In this document: in pieces, positions 50,101 to 59,860 of the stretch
Numbering within the stretch: the stretch's first letter is position 1
Layout: every line of letters begins with the position of its first letter
Source: a virus
Reading direction: 5' to 3' (one strand)
Virus record (IMG/VR): IMGVR_UViG_3300030090_007212
Location: 32,001 to 96,000 of that record
Length of the DNA stretch: 64,000 nt
The notes under the pieces: model-generated
Database searches by the model: none
What the model was told of the DNA's origin: nothing
What the model saw: only the letters and a program-made list of their open reading frames with translations
Translations under genes and position numbers: made by a program

Positions 50101-52355
50101 GTTGCAGTGGTAACAATATTTTGGAGAGGATCTAATCTGGTTTGAGGATTTGTTTTTAATATATTATTTTCAATATAATCTCTTATTACTTTTGAGAATA
50201 TTGTTAAATTTGCATTTATACCATCTAAAGACCCATATACTGTTAAAGGACTTTTATTATTTATATCTTTATTAAAATTAGAATAATTTTTTATAATATC
50301 AATTCTTTTAATGAATTGACTCACCATTTCTTCATTAATAGTGTTGGTATCATTTAATATGTTTAACCTTAAAAATGGATTAACATCATAATCTAAAGGA
50401 TTCACTGGAAACCAATTGTCAGTATCATTACCCGCAAACCCTGCTGTTGCTTTTGTTATTTCATTTAATTCACTTCTTTTTTTAGTTAAATTTTTAAATA
50501 CATCCTCCACAAATTTAACTTCAGGGAATAAAGAAATATTTGATTTTATTTGTTCATTTTCACCTAAATAAATTTCTATATTACCTTTGTCATCACTAGA
50601 TTGATAAACAGTGGGCCACATAAACTCGTTAAATTTTACAGGTAAATCACTATTTTTTTCACCGAACTCTTTAACAATTAAAGCTTTCCTTTGGTCTTGG
50701 GTATTACTAGAATTAACATTATTTTTTAATTCTTTTAAACATAATAACATTGCATCTGTATTATTACATATAATTCTAAATATATTACGTATAGAGGGGT
50801 TCATCTTTAAATTACCAATTAAGGTTTCATTTAATTTTTTTTGTACCTCTTCTTGTTGTTTTTTTATATTTTCCCTTAAATTAATTAATGTATTTTCTAC
50901 TTGTGATCTAATTTCTCTCAAATCAAAAACAAAAACATTATTAGATAAACTCATGTCTTCTACTCTAGTGTTTTTATTTTGTGGGGTAGAAAAGTATAAT
51001 GTCGGTTGGAATTCTGAGTTTATTAATGGATCTTGAGCAGGTAAAGGACCTTCATTTAAAATACCGCCTGGGGTATTAAATTGAGTGAAAACATTTTCTA
51101 TAGTAATAGATTTATTACCAACCGACCATAAAAATTTTTCATACGATTCTCCTATTTTAAAAGAATCTAATAAAGATTGTTGGCTTTCTTTTGAAATTCC
51201 TCCTTTGTTTCCTTTAACTTGTGATAATTCTTTATTTTTATTTATGAGAAAATCATTATAATCTTTAGTAATATCTTCTAAAGTTGTGAAATATTCTTTT
51301 ATATCTGGTAATCTTATTGAGTTAATTAATAAAAAATCTCTTATAGAAAGATAATCGGATCCTAATACTAATGAATTATCAGTAATTTTACTAGTTTCTA
51401 CCTGCGTAGAATTATTAGTTTGTTTTAAATATTCTGTTGTAGACTCATTATTAATATCTTTAGTTAAAGGTACCCCTATAAATGTTTGTAACCTTTTTAG
51501 TTTCCCAAAAAGTTCATTTAAAGTTTTTAATACTTCAAATTCATCGTTTTTATCTTTAATGTCCTCAAATTCTAATTGTAATTTAGATATTCTTACGAAA
51601 AAATCATCTATTTGTCGAATATCCGTTTCAATAGGTGGTAAGTCCGGATCAATAGCTTCTTGATTATCATAAATTTGATTTAATTTATTAACCCCTATTT
51701 CCGTATTTACCGCACCAATTATATTACCTAATACCATATCTGCTAAAAAAGCCTGCTGAAACCCTACAAAGTTAGCAGTTATATTAAAATCTCCTGTTCC
51801 ACCATCAAAATCTGATGTCCAATTAGTCATATGAAGACAATAATCTACTGTTTTACCAAAATATCCTTTTACAGATAATTTAAAAATAGGATAAGGCATT
51901 TTAAAAAATATACTATATGGTGATTTTCTATTATCATTATCAATAACATCAAATAATGATGCACCTCTCACATCCGTAAAAGTTATATCTACCTGTGGTA
52001 CTAAACTAGCATCATATTTTATATCAATACTTTTTATACCAAACCCTTCTAATATCCCTCTACTATTTGCATCTACAGTACCCCCTATTTTAGTATAATT
52101 GGTAGTTGCATAAGTTTTTTGTGGTGAAGGATCAATCTCCCCTTTAGCGTTATAATTTACTTCAGTCGCAATAAAATTAATTTCACCTATAGTTTCTACC
52201 AAATCACTCCTATTTCTTTCATATGCGGAAAATTTAACATATATAAACATATCTTCAGGTGGAATCATATCCATTCCCGGTGGATTAGGGTCAACTAAAA
52301 ATATATTAGCTGCCACACGTTCAACATTAGATGTATTTGATTGGTTAGTAGGCAT
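47145..52355 (-). CDS. Large baseplate hub (gp27/gp5-like) with degenerate C-terminal GH19 lysozyme domain
   Basis: GFGIKSIDI..VDITFTDVRG N-terminus; YTCKVDAMG..IQP..YF..GAYLITNVNHNITP hub motif; GDSFRYRERGYFYINGKEQY GH19-like. Confidence 0.75.
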   Translation of the reverse strand: MPTNQSNTSNVERVAANIFLVDPNPPGMDMIPPEDMFIYVKFSAYERNRSDLVETIGEINFIATEVNYNAKGEIDPSPQKTYATTNYTKIGGTVDANSRGILEGFGIKSIDIKYDASLVPQVDITFTDVRGASLFDVIDNDNRKSPYSIFFKMPYPIFKLSVKGYFGKTVDYCLHMTNWTSDFDGGTGDFNITANFVGFQQAFLADMVLGNIIGAVNTEIGVNKLNQIYDNQEAIDPDLPPIETDIRQIDDFFVRISKLQLEFEDIKDKNDEFEVLKTLNELFGKLKRLQTFIGVPLTKDINNESTTEYLKQTNNSTQVETSKITDNSLVLGSDYLSIRDFLLINSIRLPDIKEYFTTLEDITKDYNDFLINKNKELSQVKGNKGGISKESQQSLLDSFKIGESYEKFLWSVGNKSITIENVFTQFNTPGGILNEGPLPAQDPLINSEFQPTLYFSTPQNKNTRVEDMSLSNNVFVFDLREIRSQVENTLINLRENIKKQQEEVQKKLNETLIGNLKMNPSIRNIFRIICNNTDAMLLCLKELKNNVNSSNTQDQRKALIVKEFGEKNSDLPVKFNEFMWPTVYQSSDDKGNIEIYLGENEQIKSNISLFPEVKFVEDVFKNLTKKRSELNEITKATAGFAGNDTDNWFPVNPLDYDVNPFLRLNILNDTNTINEEMVSQFIKRIDIIKNYSNFNKDINNKSPLTVYGSLDGINANLTIFSKVIRDYIENNILKTNPQTRLDPLQNIVTTATDTNMVKKINNGFEVVNKPIVESQYIIVDNSVSTIVNNSKSLWGDITDNKDYKKIVAKEVNSKTYKTYYYNNNLTNNLFNHIWLDKVNNKLIATDNKNENYNIRSIKVIDGGNITTEDITPTTNVSSTSPLPNTTITNSNPLPNTTISNEPSEAEGKYINILNPTLPPNNQTKYETLLTDNDFYNNISDDKGRALLLLSTLPFNKFKKVLEVLKQENQTARVIKIPSYYLYFIGGLLSRYNNDFLSNWNVLSSPKNQYINKIGVLSGDKTPNIENELLNLPFKTQQELIFKFENWVGLSSGAKGFLNFENLVKTYKSSDLTISEDQQISARNQIINEMNKLSSVVLTAPTSFFDPNTPNNNITINDINDYLTGFKSAFEETVNEKGSDNKTEQVNTNSNSTENSIKLQIYNYFKNVNNKWVADDNKQQQVCGANNELFDYFKFIDRGWADIGDKAVINLDSILGLSNDLNTSIYFFIAKILRDSNFLFQILPTFINYKDNVEVAEIFKPITNVNENNRSRGPAYVCIYAGGNSEVLDIGENTTYSYPNDGFSFSNKNIPSDFNSDSSLVAFKVGFGAQNQTIFKNVSLSQQEHRETAEYFKALSDLIDKKGGTQRSYQGSDLLRLFKTRSYTCKVDAMGCMNIQPLMYFDLQNVPFFNGAYLITNVNHNITPNSMSTNFSGVRQSKFITSYVDKPTAFLNIDLTADLQLPPIEFSNNLTTDPLYSIGVDEEVQKLNFEYNQLTEEKLTQELGVTTPVNERVSATELGNVMIQNGIISNSQATMFLTNLLVNSDNLSKTEKQSADDIPSLENFIVKFDDSSPFSGQTKYYSATQMDSFVVNGLEINKVYDVYNDKQKLDQDGVIVGGNDQIGDSFRYRERGYFYINGKEQYKKFDKGDQKLTPFAVSTQPNIALRAAIYVWNDIKDANKKSCNDYAKEDGNSTTFERTSAMSCPTKKDKDKFYEKFESVLSNFSYEGKPLISYDRA

Positions 52356-52363
52356 TAAAACTC

Positions 52364-52690
52364 TTAACTTTCACCATATAACCTTTCATACTCATTTACT
52401 GCTTCAATATATTGTTGTAAACTATCTCTAAAAGGATATGGTATTCTTATTATTTCATTATCAGGAATATTTTCTTCCACACCACCATATTGGGGATTGG
52501 CTAACATAATTAACCACCCATGATAGGGATTATCATAATATTGTTGACTTAATTTATCCATTCTTGTTCTTTGAGAATGGTAAACTACTGTCTTATCACT
52601 TTGTTTTGGTGTTATTTTTATAAAAGGTATCATAGTATAACCACCATCCACTTTAAATCTTTGATATCTATCGTAATATTCCTTTGACAT
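52364..52690 (-). CDS. LysM-like baseplate protein (P2 gpX / T4 gp53-like)
   Basis: RMDKLSQQYYDNPYHGWLIMLANP..IIRIP; lies between tube initiator and hub. Confidence 0.8.
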   Translation of the reverse strand: MSKEYYDRYQRFKVDGGYTMIPFIKITPKQSDKTVVYHSQRTRMDKLSQQYYDNPYHGWLIMLANPQYGGVEENIPDNEIIRIPYPFRDSLQQYIEAVNEYERLYGES

Positions 52691-52700
52691 AGTATTTTAT

Positions 52701-55700
52701 TTAAGTTAACCCATTAGTTGTATAAGTAAATAATTTATTAGTTTCACTTCCTTTATCATCTTCATATATTGCCAATATTTTAACCTGATTAGGTTTAGAT
52801 TCTAATTTTTTAATAGTATTCCTATTATTTGTCATCAGTGTATCTATCTCATTTAATCTTTGGATTTCATAAGAAGTATTTAAGGACAAACTATCTCTTT
52901 CTGATTGTAATATCCCATTATCAATTTGTAATTGATTTATTCTATCGTAATTTTGTTGATAATTAGAAATATAGGAAGTTAAATCATATTCTTTTTCTTT
53001 TTTATTTTGGGTTTTATTAAGAACGTCTTTAAAATTATTTGGTGTATCTTGTGTCTGTACTTTTACTTTAATTTTTTTATTATCATCTGGAGTGGCAACC
53101 ACTATTTTATTATTATCTTTTTTATTGATATTAATTGTATTATTAGGTGGTGTACCAGTTTCACTACCAGTCTTTTTGGAGTCTTCCTCTTGTTTTACAA
53201 TACCTTCTTGTTTAAGAGAATCAGTAACTTTTAATAATCCTTCAGGTCCTAAAGCATTTTCTTTCATTTGACCTAATTTTAATCCATCTACTATTGTACC
53301 GGTAGACTTATCTACTGAATCTGCCCTAACATCATACATTTCAGTATTTGCGTAAAAATTAAAAGATAATGCATTTTGTAGTCTATTGATTGGGTTTAAT
53401 AAGGAATGTCCCCCTATTAAATCTATAGACATAGTTACATTTGCCATCATAGGTTGTACACCTATACCCGATGGATTCATATCCCATTGTATTCCATTAC
53501 CTGCCTCATACGTAATATTAAGACTATTAATAACTATTTTAGTATGAAAGAAATCTCCAATTCTTAGGATACAAATTGGTGGTCTACCAAATGCTAAATT
53601 TTGTGGTTGTACCGTATCTTTATCATCATATATACTAGGTCCTTGTCTCATACATTGTTGTAAGAAAGTTAATCTAGTATTTAACCCTTCCGGTGTCATA
53701 GAGTGAAAACCAGGATGGAAATATTTTATTTTTTCTGATATAGTAGAAAAATAGTTAGGGAAATTAGCATCAACAAATTCAAAATAACCATTTTCATCAA
53801 TAACTAAACTATCAATAAGTTGTACTTCTTCAGGATAAAACGAAAGGTCACCTAAAGATTGATCTTTATGATTAATATCTTTACCTTTTAACGCATCATT
53901 TTGTACCGTAACCATTACTCTTCTATCACTAGGACTACTAGAAGAAGGTTCACCTTTTCCAATAATTTGTTTACTATAATCCGATGAATTAACTCCAGCA
54001 CTAGTAAGTCCATTATTAATACTTGACCAAACTGCATTTGCTCTTAAAGTACTAATTTGTTGTGAATCTTGTTCATCATCCGATCCCGCAAATCCCTCAA
54101 CAGTAATTTTTACTTTATCTTCACCATTTATAATAGTTTGTATTTTACTTACTACCGAAGCAGTTGAAGAGGGTGTCCATGTATCTGATTCATCAGTATC
54201 GAATTGGAATTCAAAGGTTTCTTTAATAGAGGTTGTATTACTTACTTTTTCTAATTGTATTTCATTATACTTTTTAGTTATTTCGTCTTTTTGATTTTGA
54301 CTAATACTACTATTCTTATCTAAAAATTCTAAAAATTGGGTAGGTGTAATACATCCCGCAAAAAATCTTTCTATTGCATCGGTTCTTTTACCTCTATAAC
54401 CATTAATAACTCTAGGATGATCAACTAATACTTTGAAACTTAATTGACCAGTTCTATTGGTGTTGTTATATGTGAAAACTGGTTCACCTCTTCCAATAAA
54501 GTCTGTTTTATTCCAATTCGCTGCAACACTTTCATCAAATCTTAAATCATAAGGTGGAAACCACATAATTCTTCCTTTATTACCACTTAAAATATCTCCC
54601 GGACCGATTTCATTAAGAGGTAAATCTGCCAAATTATCTGCCCACGCTAAATTTTCTAACGATAACATAAACTTTTTAAATGTAGTTTTAGAATCATCTT
54701 TAGTAGGATGTGTTTTTACAAATCCATTATCATTCAAAACACTTAAAGATGCTTTTTCATTTGTAACCGAAAATCCAGGTAACGTAGGATCTGGCGAAGA
54801 AAATAATCCCGTATTTCTTATAGCATTAAGATAATTGTAATTATCATTAACTGTCCATACTCTACAGAAATTACCATTTGCCTCTGCCTCAATTAAACTA
54901 AATTTACTTATAGCATTTCCTCTACTTATAAGTTTATCTTCTGTTTTGTCTTTAAAATATTTTTTGGTTTGGTTAATCCATACACCATCAGGATGTTCAT
55001 CTACTAATTTTTGTGTTTTATATAATAATGTTTTTTCATTAAAATTAGATTGGTCACCAGTGTTCCAAAAGAATTTTTCATCTACCGTTGTTGTTTTAGT
55101 AGTGTCTGGTGAGTCCAAACCATCTGCCCCATTAAACTCATCACTTTGAAAAACTTGAGTGATTGTTGCCCCTCTATTTGTACTTCTCTCACTACCTATA
55201 TAATATCTACTATTAGTACCTTCTTCTGAAGTTCCTACCATTCTTCTGTCCGTATAATTTGGGACATATAAATTTTGTTGGAAAGATGTTAATAAAAATC
55301 CTACTTGTTGGGCACTAGTTTTTTCTAACAAACTATTCACTCTCGCCTCAGTTGATAAAGAAGGATTAGTATAATTACCTAATTCTGAATTTACTTTTTG
55401 TAATTGAGATGCTATTTGATTATCTTTACTGTTGGAGTTATATTCTTGCCAACCTACCGCATCATTAGATAAAGTGTTAAAATATGATTGTGTCCCATTT
55501 ATACGATTAATATATTCATCTACACCAAATAAACCAGTAGTAATAGAATCAGTTTTATCGGTTTCTACTTGTGCAATTTTATTACTAACAGAAATTTGTA
55601 ATTCTTCACCACCAACTAACCCTAAAGAAGATTCCTTAGTTAAATTTAAATTCTGATATCTATCTATTACCGTATAAGGGTTAACCACACCTTTTTTATC

Positions 55701-56132
55701 ACCTTTATTTATTAAATCAAAATTATCTTCATTATATTGAGTTGGGTAAGGTCCTTTTGGTGGAGTTTCTGTCCATCCCGGTATTGGTGGAATAGGATTT
55801 ATATAATCACTATAACCAATAACACCATAATTGTCATTAAGTGGTGCAAACTGATTATTGTTTACATTTTTTGTATCCCTATAAAATATACCTAAAGGGA
55901 ATAGTTTTTTATCTTCATCGTAATGTAAAGGGATATTTTCATCTTGTGTTCCCCATATAGGAACATTTACTACTTTACCAATATCTTGTAAATAAGTTGT
56001 TAATCCTGCCTGTGATAATGTATCACTTACTGGTGGTGGAAGGTTTCTTCCCAATAACATATCCCTATAATCTGAAGTACTATACGGTCCGAATCCCGCT
56101 AGAGTCTTGTTATAATCTAATATTCCTGGCAT
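52701..56132 (-). CDS. Tail tube initiator-like protein with inserted OmpA-C-like domain
   Basis: RFDESVAANWNKTDFIGRGEPVFTYNNTNR and PPICILRIGDFF..INSL motifs flank ITVEGFAG..ISTLRANAV..GKGE..DRRV. Confidence 0.7.
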   Translation of the reverse strand: MPGILDYNKTLAGFGPYSTSDYRDMLLGRNLPPPVSDTLSQAGLTTYLQDIGKVVNVPIWGTQDENIPLHYDEDKKLFPLGIFYRDTKNVNNNQFAPLNDNYGVIGYSDYINPIPPIPGWTETPPKGPYPTQYNEDNFDLINKGDKKGVVNPYTVIDRYQNLNLTKESSLGLVGGEELQISVSNKIAQVETDKTDSITTGLFGVDEYINRINGTQSYFNTLSNDAVGWQEYNSNSKDNQIASQLQKVNSELGNYTNPSLSTEARVNSLLEKTSAQQVGFLLTSFQQNLYVPNYTDRRMVGTSEEGTNSRYYIGSERSTNRGATITQVFQSDEFNGADGLDSPDTTKTTTVDEKFFWNTGDQSNFNEKTLLYKTQKLVDEHPDGVWINQTKKYFKDKTEDKLISRGNAISKFSLIEAEANGNFCRVWTVNDNYNYLNAIRNTGLFSSPDPTLPGFSVTNEKASLSVLNDNGFVKTHPTKDDSKTTFKKFMLSLENLAWADNLADLPLNEIGPGDILSGNKGRIMWFPPYDLRFDESVAANWNKTDFIGRGEPVFTYNNTNRTGQLSFKVLVDHPRVINGYRGKRTDAIERFFAGCITPTQFLEFLDKNSSISQNQKDEITKKYNEIQLEKVSNTTSIKETFEFQFDTDESDTWTPSSTASVVSKIQTIINGEDKVKITVEGFAGSDDEQDSQQISTLRANAVWSSINNGLTSAGVNSSDYSKQIIGKGEPSSSSPSDRRVMVTVQNDALKGKDINHKDQSLGDLSFYPEEVQLIDSLVIDENGYFEFVDANFPNYFSTISEKIKYFHPGFHSMTPEGLNTRLTFLQQCMRQGPSIYDDKDTVQPQNLAFGRPPICILRIGDFFHTKIVINSLNITYEAGNGIQWDMNPSGIGVQPMMANVTMSIDLIGGHSLLNPINRLQNALSFNFYANTEMYDVRADSVDKSTGTIVDGLKLGQMKENALGPEGLLKVTDSLKQEGIVKQEEDSKKTGSETGTPPNNTININKKDNNKIVVATPDDNKKIKVKVQTQDTPNNFKDVLNKTQNKKEKEYDLTSYISNYQQNYDRINQLQIDNGILQSERDSLSLNTSYEIQRLNEIDTLMTNNRNTIKKLESKPNQVKILAIYEDDKGSETNKLFTYTTNGLT

Positions 56133-56146
56133 ATTTATACTTTATA

Positions 56147-56156
56147 TATAAATATT
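56147..56156 (-). promoter_or_regulatory. Putative late promoter AATATTTATA
   Basis: 14 nt upstream of the 56132 start. Confidence 0.6.
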
Positions 56157-56332
56157 TAAACAAGAAATTCCAGGAAAATTATTATGAACTTTATTATAAC
56201 AAGATAATTTATTATATTTGTTCTTGTTATTTTTTAATATTTTTAAACTGTTTATATTTGGTCCTTATAATAGTACAGAAAATTTTCTTCAAAGTAAAGT
56301 GTTTACACTTAAAAAAATAATTTTTTTTTCAA

Positions 56333-58282
56333 TTAAGAATCGTAAACTTGTTTTGATGTTATAGTACCACCATTTCTATCTTTTTGATTAATAATGTCTA
56401 CAACCATTTTTCTTAATTCTGGTGCTTTAATGGATGCTATTGCACCTGATGCTCCGGTTATTCTTATTTCCCCATTTAAATTAACGTTAGTAGGTGAGGT
56501 ATTGGTAGATGTATTATTAATTGCTTGATTTAATAATTTGTCAATTACACCACCTTTTTTAGCACCTAATACGTCATCTTGAGATGTAAAACTACTATGT
56601 CTACCATCATTCCTTGATAAAAAATCACTGTCAGTATCCGTTGTATTAGGCATAGGTGAAGTTGTATCTTCTATAGTGGTATTAGGACTAATAACTTTTA
56701 AGTCACCGGTTACTTTATCTATTGTAATAGTCTGAGGATTATTAATATCTATTGCTGACCCGCTTAATAAATCTACTATGTTGTTTATTGATTTAGACAT
56801 TTCATCGTCAAATACTGCACCTTGACTAAACATTTTTTCCATTTGTTCTGCCAAAAGGCTTTGATCGAAACTTTCTTTTATTTTTTCTAAACTAGTGGTA
56901 AGAGCAGAATTCAAAGAGGATATAGTTTTAACAGAAGACTCCTCCATTTGTCTATACACATCGATATCTTTAACAAATCCCAATTCAAATGCTTTTTCCA
57001 TATTCTGCAATCTTTGATTTGTAGTCTGTGCTTCATATAACATTGATCCCATATAATCCTCTTCGTTTTGAGGTGCTTTCAATATCATTTCTGCATGACC
57101 ACTTGTTAAATCTTCTAACGCCTTAGTTTGTTTTTCACCATTTTCATCCACAAAATCTACTACCATTTGTCCATCTTGCATTCTCGCCATATTACCAATA
57201 CCCTCCATTTCTTCATCAGTAAACATCCCTTTACTTGATAATAATGTTTTAGCATCATTTAATTTGGCTGTTTGACGAGCCATTTCAGTCATTTTTTGAA
57301 CATCAATACCTAATTGATCACCTGCGGATTTTAATTGCATTCTGGCTTCTGCGGGTAATTCATATTCACCTGTTACCTCATTAAATTGTAACATGTTTTC
57401 TGTCATATCCGACAACCTTTTTGCTAATTCTTCTGGTTTATTTCGGGCTAAATACATAGTTTCGAAAGGATCACCAAACGCTTCTGCTATATCTCCCCCT
57501 AACATTTGTAAATTCGCTGCTGCCTCAATTGCTGCTTCAGGTTGGTAAAATTTATCTGCCATTCCAATAACATCGGCAATATCCAATCTCATTTTAACTG
57601 CTTGTTTTGCCATTTCAGTCATACCTTTAACTCCATTAGCAAAAGAATATGACTGGAGAGAATTCATATTTTTTGATAATTCTTTCATCACTTTAGACGA
57701 ATTTAACCCTATTTTCTGTGACGAAATAACTACATCTTCCATACTTTTACTTGCGGATTCATTAGAAATACCCATCATTTCTAACGTTTCAAATAATTGA
57801 GCACTTTCTGTACCCATAAGATTAGTTGCTGCACCTAATTTATAGATATTTGCTACCTCTTCTTCACCTAAAATTCTTACTCTACCAGAAGAATCTGCAA
57901 AATCTTGATAGATAGCTTGCACATCTCCCATATCACCACCAAACTCTTTTATAATTGCAGCAGCACCTTTAAATTGGGTACTTAAATCTGCCGTGCGGTG
58001 TACAGATAAACCTATACTTATGGAAGTTTCTTTATATTTTTCCGCTAATTGTTCAGCTAACTTATATTGTCTACCGGTGTCGTAGGTAAACTCTTTCATA
58101 CTTTTCACCATACTAGACACCGTATCTTTATAGTCTTTTAGAATATTTTTACTCTTACCAATATTAGAACTGAAGTTTTCCGCCTCTCTATTAAGGTTTT
58201 TCATATCAACCCTTAACTGATCGATTTCGGCTCTTAAAATTTTTATCTGTTCATCAGGTGGTAAAGTATCAAATGCTGCCAT
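56333..58282 (-). CDS. Tape measure protein
   Basis: Helical Ala/Met/Gln-rich sequence, PEAAIEAAANLQMLGG..DPF motif; lies between chaperone and tube initiator. Confidence 0.75.
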   Translation of the reverse strand: MAAFDTLPPDEQIKILRAEIDQLRVDMKNLNREAENFSSNIGKSKNILKDYKDTVSSMVKSMKEFTYDTGRQYKLAEQLAEKYKETSISIGLSVHRTADLSTQFKGAAAIIKEFGGDMGDVQAIYQDFADSSGRVRILGEEEVANIYKLGAATNLMGTESAQLFETLEMMGISNESASKSMEDVVISSQKIGLNSSKVMKELSKNMNSLQSYSFANGVKGMTEMAKQAVKMRLDIADVIGMADKFYQPEAAIEAAANLQMLGGDIAEAFGDPFETMYLARNKPEELAKRLSDMTENMLQFNEVTGEYELPAEARMQLKSAGDQLGIDVQKMTEMARQTAKLNDAKTLLSSKGMFTDEEMEGIGNMARMQDGQMVVDFVDENGEKQTKALEDLTSGHAEMILKAPQNEEDYMGSMLYEAQTTNQRLQNMEKAFELGFVKDIDVYRQMEESSVKTISSLNSALTTSLEKIKESFDQSLLAEQMEKMFSQGAVFDDEMSKSINNIVDLLSGSAIDINNPQTITIDKVTGDLKVISPNTTIEDTTSPMPNTTDTDSDFLSRNDGRHSSFTSQDDVLGAKKGGVIDKLLNQAINNTSTNTSPTNVNLNGEIRITGASGAIASIKAPELRKMVVDIINQKDRNGGTITSKQVYDS

Positions 58283-58407
58283 TACTTATTTTTTTGTTTT
58301 TTAATATTTTTATCTATTTTTTGATTCTTAACTTTATCTTTTTTTAAGTTTTTTAATATTTTTTCAAATCTTTCTATTTCTTTATTTATAATTGTTGAAC
58401 CAAACAT
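58282..58407 (-). CDS. Unannotated 41-aa basic micro-protein
   Basis: MFGSTIINKEIERFEKILKNLKKDKVKNQKIDKNIKKQKNK*; fills the gap exactly, its TAA overlapping the tape-measure ATG. Confidence 0.6.
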   Translation of the reverse strand: MFGSTIINKEIERFEKILKNLKKDKVKNQKIDKNIKKQKNK

Positions 58408-58408
58408 A

Positions 58409-58876
58409 TTACTTTTTTTTTCGTATAGAATAATTAATAGATTCTTCAGGACCTATAAGTTTTTCTCTCCCTCTTCTATATATTAAAAGACCCTTTTCTC
58501 TTTGTTTTTTAAAATCCTTCAAAGTAGAGTAATAAAGTCTAATTACAAATGTTTTAGGCATACTAGATGTGCGCAAGTCCATATAATTATTATTACCATT
58601 AACCACTTTAAAATACATTAAACCTTTTAATTTTCGGTCAAAATTTTCAATACCATACTTAGGTAATTGTAATTCAAATTCCCCATCAAAATCAATTTCT
58701 ATATATGAAAACCCTAAAGAGTTCTTATGTAAAGAACGTTTTAATTCTTGCACCTCATCATACATTTTTCGTAATTGTTTAGACTGTGAGGGACTTTCTT
58801 TAAGTAATAAAGTAATATTATTATTAATTTCTTTTATTAATTTATTATAATACTCTATTTTATCATTAGATTTCAT
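58409..58876 (-). CDS. Hypothetical protein
   Basis: Late motif at 58890-58898 upstream. Confidence 0.7.
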   Translation of the reverse strand: MKSNDKIEYYNKLIKEINNNITLLLKESPSQSKQLRKMYDEVQELKRSLHKNSLGFSYIEIDFDGEFELQLPKYGIENFDRKLKGLMYFKVVNGNNNYMDLRTSSMPKTFVIRLYYSTLKDFKKQREKGLLIYRRGREKLIGPEESINYSIRKKK

Positions 58877-58911
58877 ATATATCTTTATATATAAATATCT
58901 ATTCTCTAAAA

Positions 58912-59060
58912 TTAATCTTCTTTAGGTGTTAAATAATTTATATAATATCTACGGATATGGGTAGACATCATCATAGTGTCAGAATACGAAAATCCTTTAT
59001 GAACTAAAAATAATTGTTCATTTAATAAATTTTGGTAGTAATGTTTAGATTTCAGGATAC
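58912..59060 (-). CDS. Tail/baseplate assembly chaperone extension, probably reached by frameshift from the upstream gene
   Basis: YYQNLLNEQLFLVHKGFSYSDTMMMSTHIRRYYI resembles gpT/gp51-type chaperone tails; +1 frame overlap with 59045..59815; start approximate. Confidence 0.55.
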
Positions 59061-59815
59061 CAAAAATTCCTTCCCAATCTAAGAAAGCAACCAACGGACC
59101 CTCCCCCCTGAGTCCGAGCATTAGTTTCTAAATTTATTCCCGGTTCTATTTCCCCAATATATTTATTAAACTTTCGTATTTCTATAAGGTTTAATGTTTT
59201 CAATATATGAGATATTTTCATTTTATCTCTTTCCCCATCTATCTCCATAATAGAACGTTCTAATCTTAATGTAGTATTAGTAGAAATACCCCCATTCTTT
59301 TCTTTTTGTTTTTGATCGATATTTTCTATTTCTTTTTCGTCTTTATGAGTTAGTAATCTAAACTTAATTTTTTTATTAGTTTTAGTAAAAATATAATCAA
59401 ATTCCCCTTTTTCATCAGGTTTAACATTTAAATTTTTCATTTTAAGTTCACTTAAATCTATAATTCCTTCTACTAAATTTCTATCTTCATCAAAAACAGT
59501 TTGGTAGTATTCATTACCTAATCCTGTAGTCCTTAAAAATAATAAAATTGCCATTCTATCCCCACTTAATAGTTCATCATGATCAAAACCCAATTCTTTT
59601 ACTTTCCTTTCTATTAAAACATCTAATGCTTTACCATTAGATAAAAGATTAGGGGAAGTTAAAATATTTTCATCATAAGCAGTCATATATTCTACCTTAA
59701 CTGACGATTTTTTATTCTTATATAAAAGACCTTGAGAAGGTAAATCTATAACATCAAAAGGGACTTTATATTCTTCCGGAACATAATTCGGATCAACAAA
59801 CATTTTCTTTTCCAT
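59045..59815 (-). CDS. Baseplate hub assembly / tail assembly chaperone (T4 gp26-like)
   Basis: IDLPSQGLLY, MTAYDENILTS, GDRMAILLFLR, IKFRLLT, IEPG, terminal FWYP. Confidence 0.8.
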   Translation of the reverse strand: MEKKMFVDPNYVPEEYKVPFDVIDLPSQGLLYKNKKSSVKVEYMTAYDENILTSPNLLSNGKALDVLIERKVKELGFDHDELLSGDRMAILLFLRTTGLGNEYYQTVFDEDRNLVEGIIDLSELKMKNLNVKPDEKGEFDYIFTKTNKKIKFRLLTHKDEKEIENIDQKQKEKNGGISTNTTLRLERSIMEIDGERDKMKISHILKTLNLIEIRKFNKYIGEIEPGINLETNARTQGGGSVGCFLRLGRNFWYPEI

Positions 59816-59860
59816 AAAACTAATTTAATATATTATATAAATATAGTAAATAGTAAAATT

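Noticed and set aside
55997-56320. 107-aa plus-strand ORF across the 56.2 kb gap
   Set aside because: Y/I/L/F-rich composition typical of translated AT-rich non-coding DNA; overlaps a real gene antisense.
10028-59815. Bacterial contractile injection system or tailocin rather than a phage
   Set aside because: The structural genes are interleaved with phage-type replication genes (gp32 SSB, gp46/47, primase, helicase, RNR), and no chromosomal housekeeping context is present.
13542-59844. TATAAATA on the plus strand read as T4 gp55 late promoters
   Set aside because: In that orientation they point away from the adjacent gene starts; the motif flips strand at the plus cassette (5962), so the functional reading is probably TATTTAT.
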